From Octopus vulgaris (lineage: Eukaryota): 64,000 nt of DNA. Positions 14,891 to 29,042 of this stretch are shown here, one piece after another. Made by a program: the position numbers and the translations under genes. Under the pieces are notes generated by a model. The model was not told the DNA's origin. It searched no databases and saw nothing but the letters and a program-made list of their open reading frames with translations. Every line of letters starts with the position of its first letter. Position 1 is the stretch's first letter. Location of the stretch: assembly GCA_951406725.2 (NCBI GenBank), contig OX597842.1:29946001-30010000 (forward strand), in the 5' to 3' direction.

Positions 14891-15735
14891 AAGGCGGCGA
14901 GCTGGCAGAAACGTTAGCACGCCGGGCGAAATGCTTAGCGGTATTTCGTCTGCCCCTACGTTCTGAGTTCAAATTCCGCCGAAGTCGACTTTGCCTTTCA
15001 TCCTTTCGGGGTCGATATAATCGACTTAATCCGTTTGTCTGTTCTTGTTTGTCCCCTCTGTGTTTAGCCCCTTGTGGATAGTAAAGAAATAGGTATTTCG
15101 TCTGCCGTTACGTTCTGAGTTCAAATTCCGCCGAGGTCGACTTTGCCTTTCATCCTTTCGGGGTCGATAAATAAAGTACCAGTAACGCACTGGGGTCGAT
15201 GTAATCGACTTAATCCTTTTGTCTGTCCTTGTTTGTCCCCTCTGTGTTTAGCCCCTTGTGGGTAGTAAAGAAATGGATATAATCGACTTAATCCGTTTGT
15301 CTGTCCTTGTTTGTCCCCTCTGTGTTTAGCCCCTTGTGGGTAATAAAGAAATAGGTATTTCGTCTGTCTTTACGTTCTGAGTTCAAATTCTGCCGAGGTC
15401 GACTTTGCCTTTCATCCTTTCGGGGTCGATATTTAAGTATCAGTTTCGCACTGGGACCGATGTAATCGACTTAATTCGTTTGTCTGTCCCCTCTATGTTT
15501 AGCCCCTTGTGGGCAGTAAAGAAATAAGAAACGTTAGCACGCCGGACGAAATGTATTTCGTCTGCTGCTACGTTCAGAGTTCAAATTCCCCTGAGGTCGA
15601 CTTTGCCTTTCATCCTTTCGGGGTCGATTAAATAAGTACCAGTTTTGCACTGGGGTTGATATAATCGACTTAATCACTTTGTCTGTCCTTGTTTGTCCCC
15701 TCTGTGTTTAGCCTCTTGTGGGTAGTAAAGAAATA
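14891..15735 (+). mobile_element. Multimer of SINE family B
   Basis: Head AAGGCGGCGAGCTGGCAGAAACGTTAG..GAGTTCAAATTCC, central GCCTTTCATCCTTTCGGGGTCGATAAA..AGTACCAG; about four internal repeats; flanked by an 18-bp TSD-like repeat. Other fragments at 1-62(-), 3200-3420(-), 43840-43950 and 51585-51925. Confidence 0.88.
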
Positions 15736-15817
15736 AGAAATAGTAGCTTGATCTCTCTCAAATCGTACTGTACTGCCTTAGACAAAATATATGAGGTAAC
15801 GTGTGAGAACCCGACGT

Positions 15818-16508
15818 GATAGCAGCCAAATCACCCTCAAATCACACCCTACTCTCTTATCTATGTATATATGTATGTATGAGCCAATGAGGGAGACCTC
15901 TACATGGTAGCTAGACCTGCTAGAAATAGCAGCCAAATCTCCCTCAAATCACATCCTACTGTCTTATCTATGTATATATGTATGTATGAGCCAATGAGGA
16001 AGACCTCTACATGGTAGCTAGACCTGCTAGAAATAGCAGCCAAATCTCCCTCAAATCACATCCTACTGTCTTATCTATGTATATATGTATGTATGAGCCA
16101 ATGAGGGATACCTCTACATGGTAGCTAGACCTGCTAGAAATAGCAGCCAAATCTCCCTCAAATCACATCCTACTGTCTTATCTATGTATATATGTATGTA
16201 TGAGCCAATGAGGAAGACCTCTACATGGTAGCTAGACCTGCAAGAAATAGCAGCCAAATCACCCTCAAATCACATCCTACTGTCTTATCTATGTATATAT
16301 GTATGTATGAGCCAATGAGGGAGACACTACATGGTAGCTAGACCTAGTAGAAATAGCAGCCAGATCACCCTCAAATCACATCCTACTGTCTTATCTATGT
16401 ATATATGTATGTATGAGCCAATGAGGAAGACCTCTACATGGTACCCAGACCTGCAAGAAATAGCAGACAAATCGCCCTCAGATGAAACCCTCCTGTCTTA
16501 TCTATGTA
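15818..16508. repeat. 107-bp minisatellite, about 6.5 copies
   Basis: atagcagccaaatctccctcaaatcac..gctagacctgctagaa recurs at 15926, 16033, 16140, 16247, 16353 and 16460. Confidence 0.92.
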
Positions 16509-17004
16509 TAATACGCAGGGGATATTTAGGGGGATGTATCTCTGAAAAACCTAAACCTTGTGTATAATACGCACCCCTTCTCTAACTCGAGTCGTGCGTA
16601 ATTAAGCCAGCAGCACCTAGTTGAACAAACACTTCCGTGCATGCGTAATACAATAATGGTGATGTTCTTAACTATTATATGGGAATGTAAATATGTTTGC
16701 AAATTGTTTTTGTTACATGTTATTCTGTGTTCTGAACAGTTTTTATTTTAATAAATGTTGCTTACTGCAAGTTATGGATGATTCTTTTATGACTTCATTG
16801 CTTTCAGCTTAGCTTAAGGTATTTTCACGCCCGACATCACAAAATGCGTCTGAATAAACATTGCTGGACAGCAAATAGAGACTCGGACATTGCTTAGAAA
16901 ATATTTTTCATTTTTAACCTCGTATATAATACGCACTAGGGATTTTGACCTTTAAATTTTGGGAAAAAAATACGGATTATACTCGAAGATTTACGGCATG
17001 TATG

Positions 17005-17036
<32 letters not shown>

Positions 17037-17553
17037 CCGTAAATCCTCGAGCATAGTCCACCCTTGAGTATAATACGCAGGGGATTTTTAGGCGGCTGTA
17101 CCTCTGAAAAACCTAAACCTTGTGTATAATACACACCCCTTCTCTAACTTGAGTCAAGGAGGTCTATATAACATCCTTGGTTTGTAAAAATGTATATAGT
17201 AACGCCCTTTATTATTATTGTATATATAACATGATGCAAATGTGTAGCTTTTTTGTGCATTTTATTTGCAGAAAATAAAGAAATAACAGTAATAACGTTT
17301 AATAAATGTTGCTTACTGCAAGTTATGGATGATTCTTTTATGACTTCATTGCTTTCAGGCTTAGCTTAAGGTATTTTTGCGCCCGATATCACAAAATGCG
17401 TCTGAATAAACATTGCCGAACAGCAAATAGAGACTCGGACATTGCTTAGGAAATAATTTTCATTTTTAACCTCGGGATTAACTAGGATTAACTAGGGATT
17501 TTGACCTTTAAATTTTGGGAAAAAAATTGCGGATTATACTCGAAGATTTACGG
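17037..17553. mobile_element. Tc2/pogo-type MITE
   Basis: TIRs CCGTAAATCCTCGAG...CTCGAAGATTTACGG with TA flanks. An adjacent copy lacking its left TIR lies at about 16505-16996. Confidence 0.85.
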
Positions 17554-17565
17554 TATATATATATA

Positions 17566-17718
17566 TACCAAATGCATCAGTTATTATCGGTATAAATGTT
17601 AGTTTGTAATCCGGATATAGAAGCTGGAGGTTTCGAAGCAGTTGTCCAGAATTATCTTCTTTCTCTTTGAAAATCAAAGAGATATTTCTATCAGCCCCCA
17701 TGACACATACTTTTCTTG
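17566..17718 (-). mobile_element. Restriction-like endonuclease (RLE) LINE fragment
   Basis: Minus-strand translation ADRNISLIFKEKEDNSGQLLRNLQLLYPDYKLTFIPIITDAFG resembles the C-terminal RLE domain (K..KY..L...P....G) of R4/NeSL-type elements. Confidence 0.55.
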
Positions 17719-18983
17719 TATGTATGTATGTATGTTTGTATGTATGTATGTATGTATGTATGTATGTTTGTATGTATGTATGTATGTATGTGTGTGTATG
17801 TATGTATGTATGTATGTATGTATGTATGTATGTATGTATGTATGTATGTATGTATATATGTATATATGTATGTGTGTATGTATGTATGTTTGTATGTATG
17901 TATGTATGTATGTATGTATGTATGTATGTGTGTATGTATGTATGTATGTATGTATGTATGTATGTATGTATGTATGTATGTATGTGTATGTATGTATGTA
18001 TGTATGTATGTGTGTATGTATGTATGTATGTATGTATGTATGTATGTATGTATGTATGTATGTATGTATGTATGTATGTATGTATGTATGTATGTATGTA
18101 TGTATGTATGTATGTGTGTATGTATGTATGTATGTATGTATGTATGTATGTATGTATGTATGTATGTATGTATGTATGTGTGTATGTATGTATGTATGTA
18201 TGTATGTGTATGTATGTATGTATGTGTATGTATGTGTGTATGTATGTGTGTATGTATGTGTGTATGTATGTATGTATGTATGTATGTATGTGTATGTATG
18301 TATGTGTGTATGTATGTATGTATGTATGTATGTATGTATGTATGTATGTATGTATGTATGTATGTATGTATGTATGTATGTATGTATGTATGTATGTATG
18401 TATGTATGCGTGTGTATGTATGTATGTATGTATGTATGTATGTATGTATGTGTGTATGTATGTATGTATGTATGTATGTATGTATGTGTGTGTATGTATA
18501 TATGTATGTATGTGTGTATGTGTGTATGTATGTATGTATGTATGTGTGTATGTATGTATGTATGTATGTATATATGCATGTATGTATGTATGTATGCATG
18601 CATGCATGCATGCATGTATGTATGTATGCATGTATGTATGTATGTATGTGCAGATTTGTATGCCTAATGTATGTATTCTCATGCATATAGCTACATATCT
18701 AGAAATACTCATATATATTTAAATGATAAACTTCTGGAAACTTTTACAGATTTTTACAGTTCTAGTGATGGGTTATTAGATCTGTAATCCTTCGAATTAG
18801 CTTTCTCTTCTTTCTGGGTTTGAGAAACTCAATTTCTCAAGATGGCTATTTAGATAGTGTGTTACATATCCCAGGGCCCCAATAATTTACAGGTATAAAC
18901 AGGAACTTGTGATTCTGGCATAGTATGTATGTATGTATGTATGTATGTATGTATGTATGTATGTATGTATGCATGCATTGTGA

Positions 18984-19021
<38 letters not shown>

Positions 19022-19246
19022 TGGAGTAAACACATAAATGTGAAACAAGGTGGAAAAAAGAGTACTCAAATACCAGTGGTAGAGTAATATGCTGCTTTAA
19101 ATAAAGTGTATATATATATATATATATATTATTGAAGTAGATAAATGAATTATCTTATTACGGATAATTGAAAGATAATGATACCTGTAGAAAATAATAA
19201 AAAGGAACTTTGTTAAATCTTCGTTCAGCTCCATTTCTTCCTACAC

Positions 19247-19323
<77 letters not shown>

Positions 19324-19400
19324 ATGTATGTATATATTTATATATATATATATATATGTATTTATATATGTATGCATGCATGTATGTATGCGTGTATATG

Positions 19401-19505
<105 letters not shown>

Positions 19506-19537
19506 TTCTCTATGTATGTATGTATGTATGTATTGTA

Positions 19538-19568
<31 letters not shown>

Positions 19569-19777
19569 ATGTATGTATGCATGTGTGTGTGTATGTATGT
19601 GTACGCACGTACATTATACGTTAGCGAGCACGAGCGTGGCTGGAGATAAAAAACTCAAAACATAAAATGGCGTCTTTATGTAATTGTTGATAAAGTCAGG
19701 AAAGTTTATCAGCGAATCAAAACACAACCGCCATACTGAATGTCTTCCTGCCTGCCTTCCTGTCTGTCTATCTGACG

Positions 19778-19858
<81 letters not shown>

Positions 19859-20312
19859 ACACACACATATACACACACACACTTAGACACACACACACAT
19901 ACACACGCATACACACACATACACACACATATACACACAAAACAAAGACATACACACACACAAACTCATGCAAACACACGTACAAACACTTACATATACG
20001 CACACGTACAAACACTTACATATACACACACACAAACACATACACGCAAGCATATGCATACACAGGCAGACACACACACACAAACGCCTCCCCAAACATA
20101 CATACACACATGCACACACAGACGCACATGCACACACACACATGCACGCATACACACACACACACGCACACATATACACTCACAGACACACACAAACATA
20201 TACAAACACAGATACACGCACATATACACACACACATAAACACATACGCACACTCACACAGATATCAATGTCACTTTTCGGCATTTGGACGAAACGCAGT
20301 GATAATGTTTAT

Positions 20313-20346
<34 letters not shown>

Positions 20347-20364
20347 GTTTATGGTATATATATA

Positions 20365-20630
20365 TTTGTTGTGCAAGATTTTTTATGTGAAGTCGTGTGT
20401 TGAAACAGATATTGTTATATTTCGAAATGGTCATTTTGCCAGTTTAGCCAAGAAAAAACAAAGGACCACTGATGCGGTCACAGGAGTGTGACGAAAGAAC
20501 TCTGGCTGAAATAAGATTAAGATTAATGTAAAAAATAAATAACACTGAAGCAAAGTAACACCAAATATATAGTGCGTGTGTTTTTATTGGCTAAACTGGC
20601 AATATGGCCATTCCAAAATACAACAATATA
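20365..20630. mobile_element. Second copy of the 8.6-kb fold-back element
   Basis: Same sequence with shorter inverted arm; CCA-CTGATGC-G-GTCACA-GGAG-TGTGAC-GAAA-GAA-CTC-TGG at about 20466-20505. Confidence 0.55.
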
Positions 20631-20637
20631 TATATAC

Positions 20638-20713
<76 letters not shown>

Positions 20714-20718
<5 letters not shown>

Positions 20719-20923
20719 ATCCAAACAAGAAAGCACAAAAAAAAACACAACAACGCAAGGACGTGGAACAAATAAAGTATTATTGGACGCTCAGGAAAGA
20801 AGGAAAGAAGGAGAGTCTAACTTTTCGAGCGGAGCTCTTCGTCGGAAACATAGGAGACAGAAAGATCCAGAGAAGGGAAGACAGAGGAAAAAAAATCGCT
20901 AACGGTACACACGAGGTCACATT

Positions 20924-20927
<4 letters not shown>
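20714..20927 (-). mobile_element. Short (TA)n-inserted element with hammerhead motif
   Basis: Minus strand 20815-20849: GTTT-CCGACGA-A-GAGC-TCC-GCTC-GAAA-AGTT-AGAC. Near-identical copy at 52260-52470. Confidence 0.6.
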
Positions 20928-20998
<71 letters not shown>

Positions 20999-21062
20999 AG
21001 CATGGCCAAAGCTCGAGAGCTGAAACTAGATAAAATAAAAAATATATATATATGTATATATG

Positions 21063-21308
<246 letters not shown>

Positions 21309-21552
21309 ATATATATATTAAATAATAAGGGTAGAAATCGCTATTAATCAATTAAAACCAGTGGCTTAGCATATTTAAAAATCCGAAGATTAAAATTGTG
21401 TTACATACAAAATTAAGAGGAATGACCACTAAAAGTGGACACCTGATATGCTAAACATAGGCTTCAAATCGCCATTACCACGAAGAATGTGTTCCCAAGA
21501 AAAATCTCAGCAAAATGCCAAAATGTAAAACTAAGGAAGAGAAATGAAAATA

Positions 21553-21646
21553 TACACACCAGCATCGGTTGTCAATGTTGGGGGGACATAAACCAACCAG
21601 CATCGGTTGTCAAGCGATGTTGGGGGGGACAAACACACACACACAA

Positions 21647-21692
<46 letters not shown>

Positions 21693-22440
21693 GATGGGCT
21701 TCTTTCAGTTTCCGTCTAACAAATCCGCTCACAGGGCTTTGGTCGACCCGAGGCTATAGTAGAAGACACTTGCCCAAGGTGCCACGCAGTGGGACTGAAC
21801 CCGGAACCATGTGGTTCATAAGCAAGCTATTTACCACACAGCCACTCCTGCGCCTATACATATATATATATATATATATGCATATATACGATGGGCTTCT
21901 TTCAGTTTCCGTCTACCAAATCCACTCACAAGGCTTTGGTCGACCCGAGGCTATAATAGAAGACACTTGCCCAAGGTGCCACGCAGTGGGACTGAACCCG
22001 GAACCATGTGGTTGGTAAGCAAGCTACTTACCACACAGCCACTCAAACCTCTTTATATATACATACATACATACATATACATATATACGACGGGCTTCTT
22101 TCAGTTTCCATCTACCAAATCCACTCACAGGGCTTTGGTCGGCCCGAGGCTATAGCAGAAGTCACTTGCCCAAGGTGCCACGCAGTGGGACTGAACCCGG
22201 AACCATGTGGTTGGTAAGCAAGCTACTTACCACACAGCCACTCCTGCGCCTATATATATATACATACATATACATATATACGACGGGCTTCTTTCAGTTT
22301 CCGTCTAACAAATCCACTCACAGGGCTTTGGTCGGCCCGAGGCTATAGTAGAAGACACTTGCCCAAGGTGCTACGCAGTGGGACTGAACCCGGAACCATG
22401 TGGTTAGTAAGTAAGCTACTTACCACACAGCCATTACAGC
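21553..22440 (-). mobile_element. Four tandem SINE family A heads
   Basis: Reverse-complement 5' modules repeated about every 190-200 bp with (TA)n spacers. Confidence 0.9.
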
Positions 22441-22611
22441 CTCTTTATATATATATATAAATTTATAAATTATATGAATTTATATAAATAAGGATAAAAT
22501 CGTTATTTAAAATACCGATCATATCAAGTGGCTAGCATGGGAATAAAAACCTCATAGGTAATAATTATTATTAAAATATAATTAGGGTATCTAAGAGATT
22601 AAGGGTATCTA

Positions 22612-23112
22612 TAATAATACCATCATGCTAGATATAGCAGTCAAAACTTGACTCTAAAACCACATCAATATTATATAAATATATATATAATACCATCATG
22701 CTAGATATAGCAGTCAAAACTTGACTCTAAAACCACATCAATATTATATAAATATATATATAATACCATCATGCTAGATATAGCAGTCAAAACTTGACTC
22801 TAAAACCACATCAAATATTATATAAATATATATATAATACCATCATGCTAGATATAGCAGTCAAAACTTGACACTAAAACCACATCAAATATTATATAAA
22901 TATATATATAATACCATCATGCTAGATATAGCAGTCAAAACTTGACTCTAAAACCACATCAATATTATATAAATATATATATAATACCATCATGCTAGAT
23001 ATAGCAGTCAAAACTTGACTCTAAAACCACATCAATATTATATAAATATATATAGAATACCATCATAGATATAGCATCAAAACTTGACTCTAAAACCACA
23101 TCAAATATTATA
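22612..23112. repeat. 73-74-bp minisatellite, about 7 copies
   Basis: taccatcatgctagatatagcagtcaaaacttgactctaaaaccacatc at 22618, 22691, 22764, 22838 and onward. Confidence 0.92.
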
Positions 23113-23132
23113 TCTTTTAGATATAATTATAA

Positions 23133-23227
<95 letters not shown>

Positions 23228-23230
<3 letters not shown>

Positions 23231-23605
23231 TTTTGTTTCAGTCATTTGACTGTAGCCATGCTAGAGCACGGCCTTTAGTCGAACAAATCGACCCCAGCAC
23301 TTATTCTTTGTAAGCCAAGTACTTATTCTATTGGTCACTTTTGCGGAACCGCTAAGTTACGGGGATGTAAACACACCAGCATCGGCTGGTGGTGGTGGGG
23401 GGGACAAACACAGACACACAAACACACACACACACACACACACACACATACGACAGGCTTCTTTCAGTTTCCGTCTACTAAATCCACTCACAAGGCTTTG
23501 GTTGTCCTGAGGCTATAGTAGAAGACACTTGCCCAAGGTGCCATGCAGTGGGACTGAACCCGGAACCATGTGGTTGGTAAGCAAGCTACTTACCACACAA
23601 CCACT
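23228..23605 (-). mobile_element. SINE family A
   Basis: Both modules on the minus strand. Confidence 0.88.
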
Positions 23606-24659
23606 CACATATATAATACACACACACACACACATATATATATATACAATACGCACAAACACCATCACCACCACCACCATCACCACCATACCATTCATAA
23701 AAATTCCACTCACATAGGACATCCACCACCTCCAAACCTTCTCTCTCTCTCTCTCACACACACACGGACACACACACACACACACACACATACACACACA
23801 CACACACGTCGTGTCCGGGGTTACTCGGTGCATTGGCGAAAGGCGTTAAAAGCTTGTTATCTGGTGTTGTGTTTTGTGATTAGAGAGAAGCCTGTGCAAA
23901 TATACACATAGTTGTGTTTGGCGGGTGAGGGTAGAGCTGGTGGTGGTGGCGGTGATGGTGGTGGTGGTGGTGGTGGTGACGGTGGCTGTGGTAGTGGTGG
24001 TGGTGGTGGTGGTGGTGGTGGTGGTGGTAGTGGTGGTGGTGATGGTGGAGATGGTGGTGCCGCCGCCGCCATCACCGCCACCAGCACCATCACCATCACC
24101 ATCACCACCAGCACAACCATCACCACCACCACCATCACCACCACCACCACCACCACCACCACCACCACCACCACCACCACCACCACCACCACCATCACCA
24201 TCAATACCACCACCACCATCACAATCAATACCACCACCACCACCACCATCACAATCACCATCAATACCACCACCACCATCACCACCACCACCATCACCAC
24301 CACCACCACCACCACCACCACCACCACCACCACCACCACCACCACCACCACCACCACCACCACCACCACCACCACCACCACCACTACCACCACCAACGTC
24401 ACTACCACACCACCCCAACGGGGCTTAGAAAAACTGAAGGACCACCGCAATATGTGTGAACCTGAGAGGGGAATATGTTGAATAAAAATCGTTAATTAAC
24501 TGTATTTCCTTTTACCCAAAGCCACAAACGTGCATACAGGGTGGACCAAAAGTAGATATACACTTTAAAAAAATTTCCATTTTATTCCATTTTCTCTTAT
24601 TTAGTACAATTAAATTTACTAAACACAGTTTAACTTCGTAAATGCTTGAAATATAGGTA

Positions 24660-25288
24660 TCTTCTCTCTATATATAAACGGCAGTTTGTCTGTCTGTGTG
24701 TGTGTGTGTCTGTCAGGTTGTACCCTCACCCTGACCACGGCTTTCAACCGATTCTGATGAAACTTGACACACACATAGCCCAATGTCATAATTCAAAACT
24801 AACGCAGCGAAAATTTTGAAAAGTTCCCCCAGTTCTGAAAAAAATCGATAAATTCGACATGGGGTCAGGAATCTAAGCTTTTTATTTGCAACACATTTTC
24901 TGTTGTAGTTTTCGCAACTTGCAATCGATTTTCACCAAACTCATGGTGAAGCTTTCTCTCTATATATAAACGGCAGTTTGTCTGTCTGTGTGTGTGTGTG
25001 TCTGTCAGGTTGTACCCTCACCCTGACCACGGCTTTCAACCGATTCTGATGAAACTTGACACACACATAGCCCAATGTCATAATTCAAAACTAACGCAGC
25101 GAAAATTTTGAAAAGTTCCCCCAGTTCTGGAAAAAACTTATAAATTCCGCCACTTCAAGCAGTCAACGAGACAAAACATGACCAGACAACAGAATCATAG
25201 CATACTTCTGCTAATCGCAGCTGCAGCCGCAAGTCGTTGCCTACTAGGGGTTCTTACATACCCGGGCAACGCTGGGCTATGTTGCTAG
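24660..25288 (+). mobile_element. Non-autonomous Helitron with duplicated 5' end
   Basis: TCTCTATATATAAACGGCAG 5' segment present twice (about 24660 and 24955); 3' CCCGGGCAACGCTGGG hairpin followed by CTAG|T. Confidence 0.8.
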
Positions 25289-25459
25289 TGTATATATATG
25301 TGTGTGTGTTTGTCCCCCCAACATTGCTTGACAACCGATGCTGGTAGGTTTATGTCCCCACCCAACATTGACAACCGATGCTGGTGTGTATCTTTTCATT
25401 TGTCCTGCTTAGTTTTACATTGATATTAATCAATTAAAACCAGTGGCTTAGCATATTTT

Positions 25460-26826
25460 AACATAGACCCCGGTACTCAATTGTTACTTAATTTATCGAC
25501 CCCCTAAAGGTTTAAAGGCAATGTCTACCTCGGCGGAATTTGAACTCAGAACATAGCAGCAGACGAAATACCTATTTGTTTAACACCCACAAGGGGCTAA
25601 ACACAGAGGGGACAAACAAGGACAGACAAACGGATTAAGTCGATTATATCGACCCCAGTGCGTAACTGGTACTTATTTAATCGACCCCGAAAGGATGAAA
25701 GGCAAAGTCGACCTCGGTGGAATTTGAACCCAGATCGTAAAGACAGACGAAATACCTATTTCTTTACTACCCACAAGGGGCTAAACACAGAGGGGACAAA
25801 CAAGGACAGACAACGAATTAAGTCGATTACATCGACCCCAGTGCGTAACTGGTACTTAATATATCGACCCCCGAAAGGATGAAAGGCAATGTCGACCTCG
25901 GTGGAATTTGAGCTCAGATCGTAAAGACAGACGAAATACCTATTTCTTTACTACCCACAAGGGGCTAAACACAAAGGGGACAAACAAGGACAGACAACGA
26001 ATTGAGTCGATTATATCGACCCCATTGCATAACTAATACTTATTTAATTGACCCCGAAAGGATGAAAGGCAAAGTCGACCTCGGCGGAATTTGAACTCTG
26101 AACGTAAAGACAGACGAAATACCTCTTTCTTTACTACCCACAAGGGGCTAAACACAGAGGGGACAAACAAGGACAGACAACGAATTAAGTCGATTATATC
26201 GACCCCAGTGCGTAACTGGTACTTATTTAATCGACCCCGAAAGGAAGAAAGGCAAAGTCGACCTCGGTGGAATTTGAACCCAGATCGTAAAGACAGACGA
26301 AATACCTATTTCTTTACTACCCACAAGGGGCTAAACACAGAGGGGACAAACAAGGACAGACAAACGGATTAAGTCGATTATATCGACCCCAGTGCGTAAC
26401 TGGTACTTAATTTATCGACCCTGAAAGGATGAAAGGCAAAGTCGACCTCGGTGGAATTTGAACCCAGATCGTAAAGACAGACGAAATACCTATTTCTTTA
26501 CTACCCACAAGGGGCTAAACACAAAGGGGACAAACAAGGACAGACAACGAATTAAGTCGATTATATCGACCCCGAAAGGATGAAAGGCAAAGTCGACTTC
26601 GGCGGAATTTGAACTCTGAACGTAAAGACAGACGAAATACCTCTTTCTTTACTACCCACAAGGGGCTAAACACAGAGGGGACAAACAAGGACAGACAACG
26701 AATTAAGTCGATTATATCGACCCCAGTGCGTAACTGGTACTTATTTAATCGACCCCGAAAGGAAGAAAGGCAAAGTCGACCTCGGTGGAATTTGAGCTCA
26801 GAACGTAAAGACAGACGAAATACCTT
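25460..26826 (-). mobile_element. Tandem array of SINE family B body (about 180-bp unit, about 7 copies)
   Basis: Repeated gacagacgaaatacctatttctttactacccacaaggggctaaacacagaggggac..gaccccgaaaggatgaaaggcaaagtcgacctcgg. Confidence 0.9.
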
Positions 26827-27157
26827 TATATTAGAGAGAGAGACAGGAACTCCCTGATAGACAGAAAGACAAACAGACAGACGTTTCAGATTGATGGTGT
26901 GTGAACATTCTAAGCAAACCAAGCATTTCGTCTGTTTATTTGTGTATTTAAGACTTAATCTGCTAATCCGTCTAATCTTTTAATCGTGTTCACAAAAAAC
27001 AACAACGAAAAAAACCCCACAAGGGCAGATGTTTAGTCACAGTTTGACTTAAATGGTCGAGCTGATAGAGAGCTGAAGACAGACAGACGTTTTCCTTTTT
27101 GGCCAAGCCCTCCTCTTTCACCACAGTCAACGTTTTTCAAATTCCACTAGGTAAAGC

Positions 27158-29030
27158 GGATCTTTTCGGTTTGACCGGCAGTTTTTTAGAATAATTTCCA
27201 CGCAACTGAACACTTTTAAACTTCGTATACTGGTAGAATGTGTTTATAAAACATCTTTTTCTCTTGGCTTTATTGAGAAAATTCTATAGTTTGTAAGATA
27301 TTTGCTGTTTTTTTCCTTCAATTTCTGCAATTTCAACCAATCACTGACGTCTATTGAGGTGAAAACATTCTGTGCCGTATGAATATATCCCTCGTTTAAG
27401 AAATAGGATCTTTTCGGTTTGACCGGCAGACAGACAATACCTTTTTTTAAAATAATTTCCACGTAACTAAACACTTTTAAACTTCATATACTGGTAGAAT
27501 GTGTTTATATAACATCTTTTCTCTTGGCTTTATTGAGAAAATTCTATACTTTGTAAGATATTTGGGTCTTTTCGGTTTGATCGGCAGTTTTTAAAATAAT
27601 TTCCACGTAACTAAACACCTTTAAACTTCGTATACTGGTAGAATGTGTTTATAAAACATCTTTTCTCTTGGCTTTATTGAGAAAATTTTATAGTTTGTAA
27701 GATATTTGTTGTTTTTTTGTTCAATTACTGCAATTTCAACTAATCAATGACGTCTATTGCGGTGAAAACATTCTGTGCCGTATGAATATGTCCCTCGTTT
27801 AAGAAACAGAGATCTTTTCGGTTTGACCGGCAGTTTTCTAAAATAATTTCCACGTAACTAAACACTTTTAAACTTCGTATACTGGTAGAATGTGTTTATA
27901 AAACATCTTTTTCTCTTGGCTTTATTGAGAAAATTCTATAGTTTGTAAGATATTTGTTGTTTTTTTTTCCTTCAATTTCTGCAATTTCAACCAATCAATG
28001 ACGTCTATTGAGGTGAAAACATTCTGTGCCGTATGAATATGTCCCTCATTTAAGAAATAGGATCTTTTCGGTTTGACCGGCAGTTTTTTAAAATAATTTC
28101 CACGTAACTAAACACTTTTAAACTTCGTATACTGGTAGAATGTGTTTATAAAACATCTTTTTCTCTTGGCTTAATTGAGAACATTCTATAGTTTGTAAGA
28201 TATTTGTTGTTGTTTTTCTTCAATTTCTGCAATTTCAACCAATCAATGACGTCTATTGAGGTGAAAACATTCTGTACCGTATGAATATATCCCTCGTTTA
28301 AGAAACGGGGATCTTTTCGGTTTGACCGGCAGTTTTTTAAAATAATTTCCACGTAACCGAACACTTTTAAACTTCGTATACTGGTAGAATATGTTTATAA
28401 AACATCTTTTTCTCTTGGCTTTATTGAGAAAATTCTATAGTTTGTAAGATATTTGTTGTTTTTTAGTAACTGCTGCCGGTGAGATGGGTGGCTCGTGATC
28501 CCTTGGTTTCCTTGGGCGCCCTCAAAGACATCCTGTATCAGGAGGATCGCATCCTAGCTCTGACCATCATAGTGACATAGTGTATCTAGGACTACATTAT
28601 CTAATGTACAGCATAGTAGTTAGTATTAGAGGCTATAGTTGTTGTTTAGCCACAGGTCAGTCTTGATCAGAAGATCTGTGCCGTAGAATATGTCCCTGTT
28701 AAGAAAGAGTTGGGTTTATTTACATTTCTGAAGAAAAAAGATACCTTCCCCCACCTCTAACCCTAACCCTAACCTAAACGGATCTTTTCGGTTTGAACGG
28801 CAGTTTTTAAAAATAATTTCCACGTAACTGAACACTTTTAAACTTCGTATACTGGTAGAATGTGTTTATAAAACATCTTTTTCTCTTGGCTTTATTGAGA
28901 ACATTCTATAGTTTGTAAGATATTTGTTGTTTTTTCTTCTTCAATTTCTGCAATTTCAACCAATCAATGACGTCTATTGAGGTGAACACATTCCGTGCCG
29001 TATGAATATGTCCCTCGTTTAAGAAACAGA
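27158..29030. repeat. Tandem array of about 250-bp dispersed repeat
   Basis: Unit starts ggatcttttcggtttgaccggcagtttt; about 7 full or partial copies, with two more at 61425-61856; one unit followed by ctaaccctaaccctaacc. Confidence 0.88.
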
Positions 29031-29042
29031 TCCAAGATATTT

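Noticed and set aside
15818-16508. CRISPR-like regular repeats (also 22612-23112 and 32730-33350)
   Set aside because: Units repeat in full with no unique spacers; eukaryotic context with no cas genes.
28757-28777. Telomere-like (CCCTAA)n
   Set aside because: Only 2-3 units inside a dispersed repeat; no evidence of a chromosome end or fusion.
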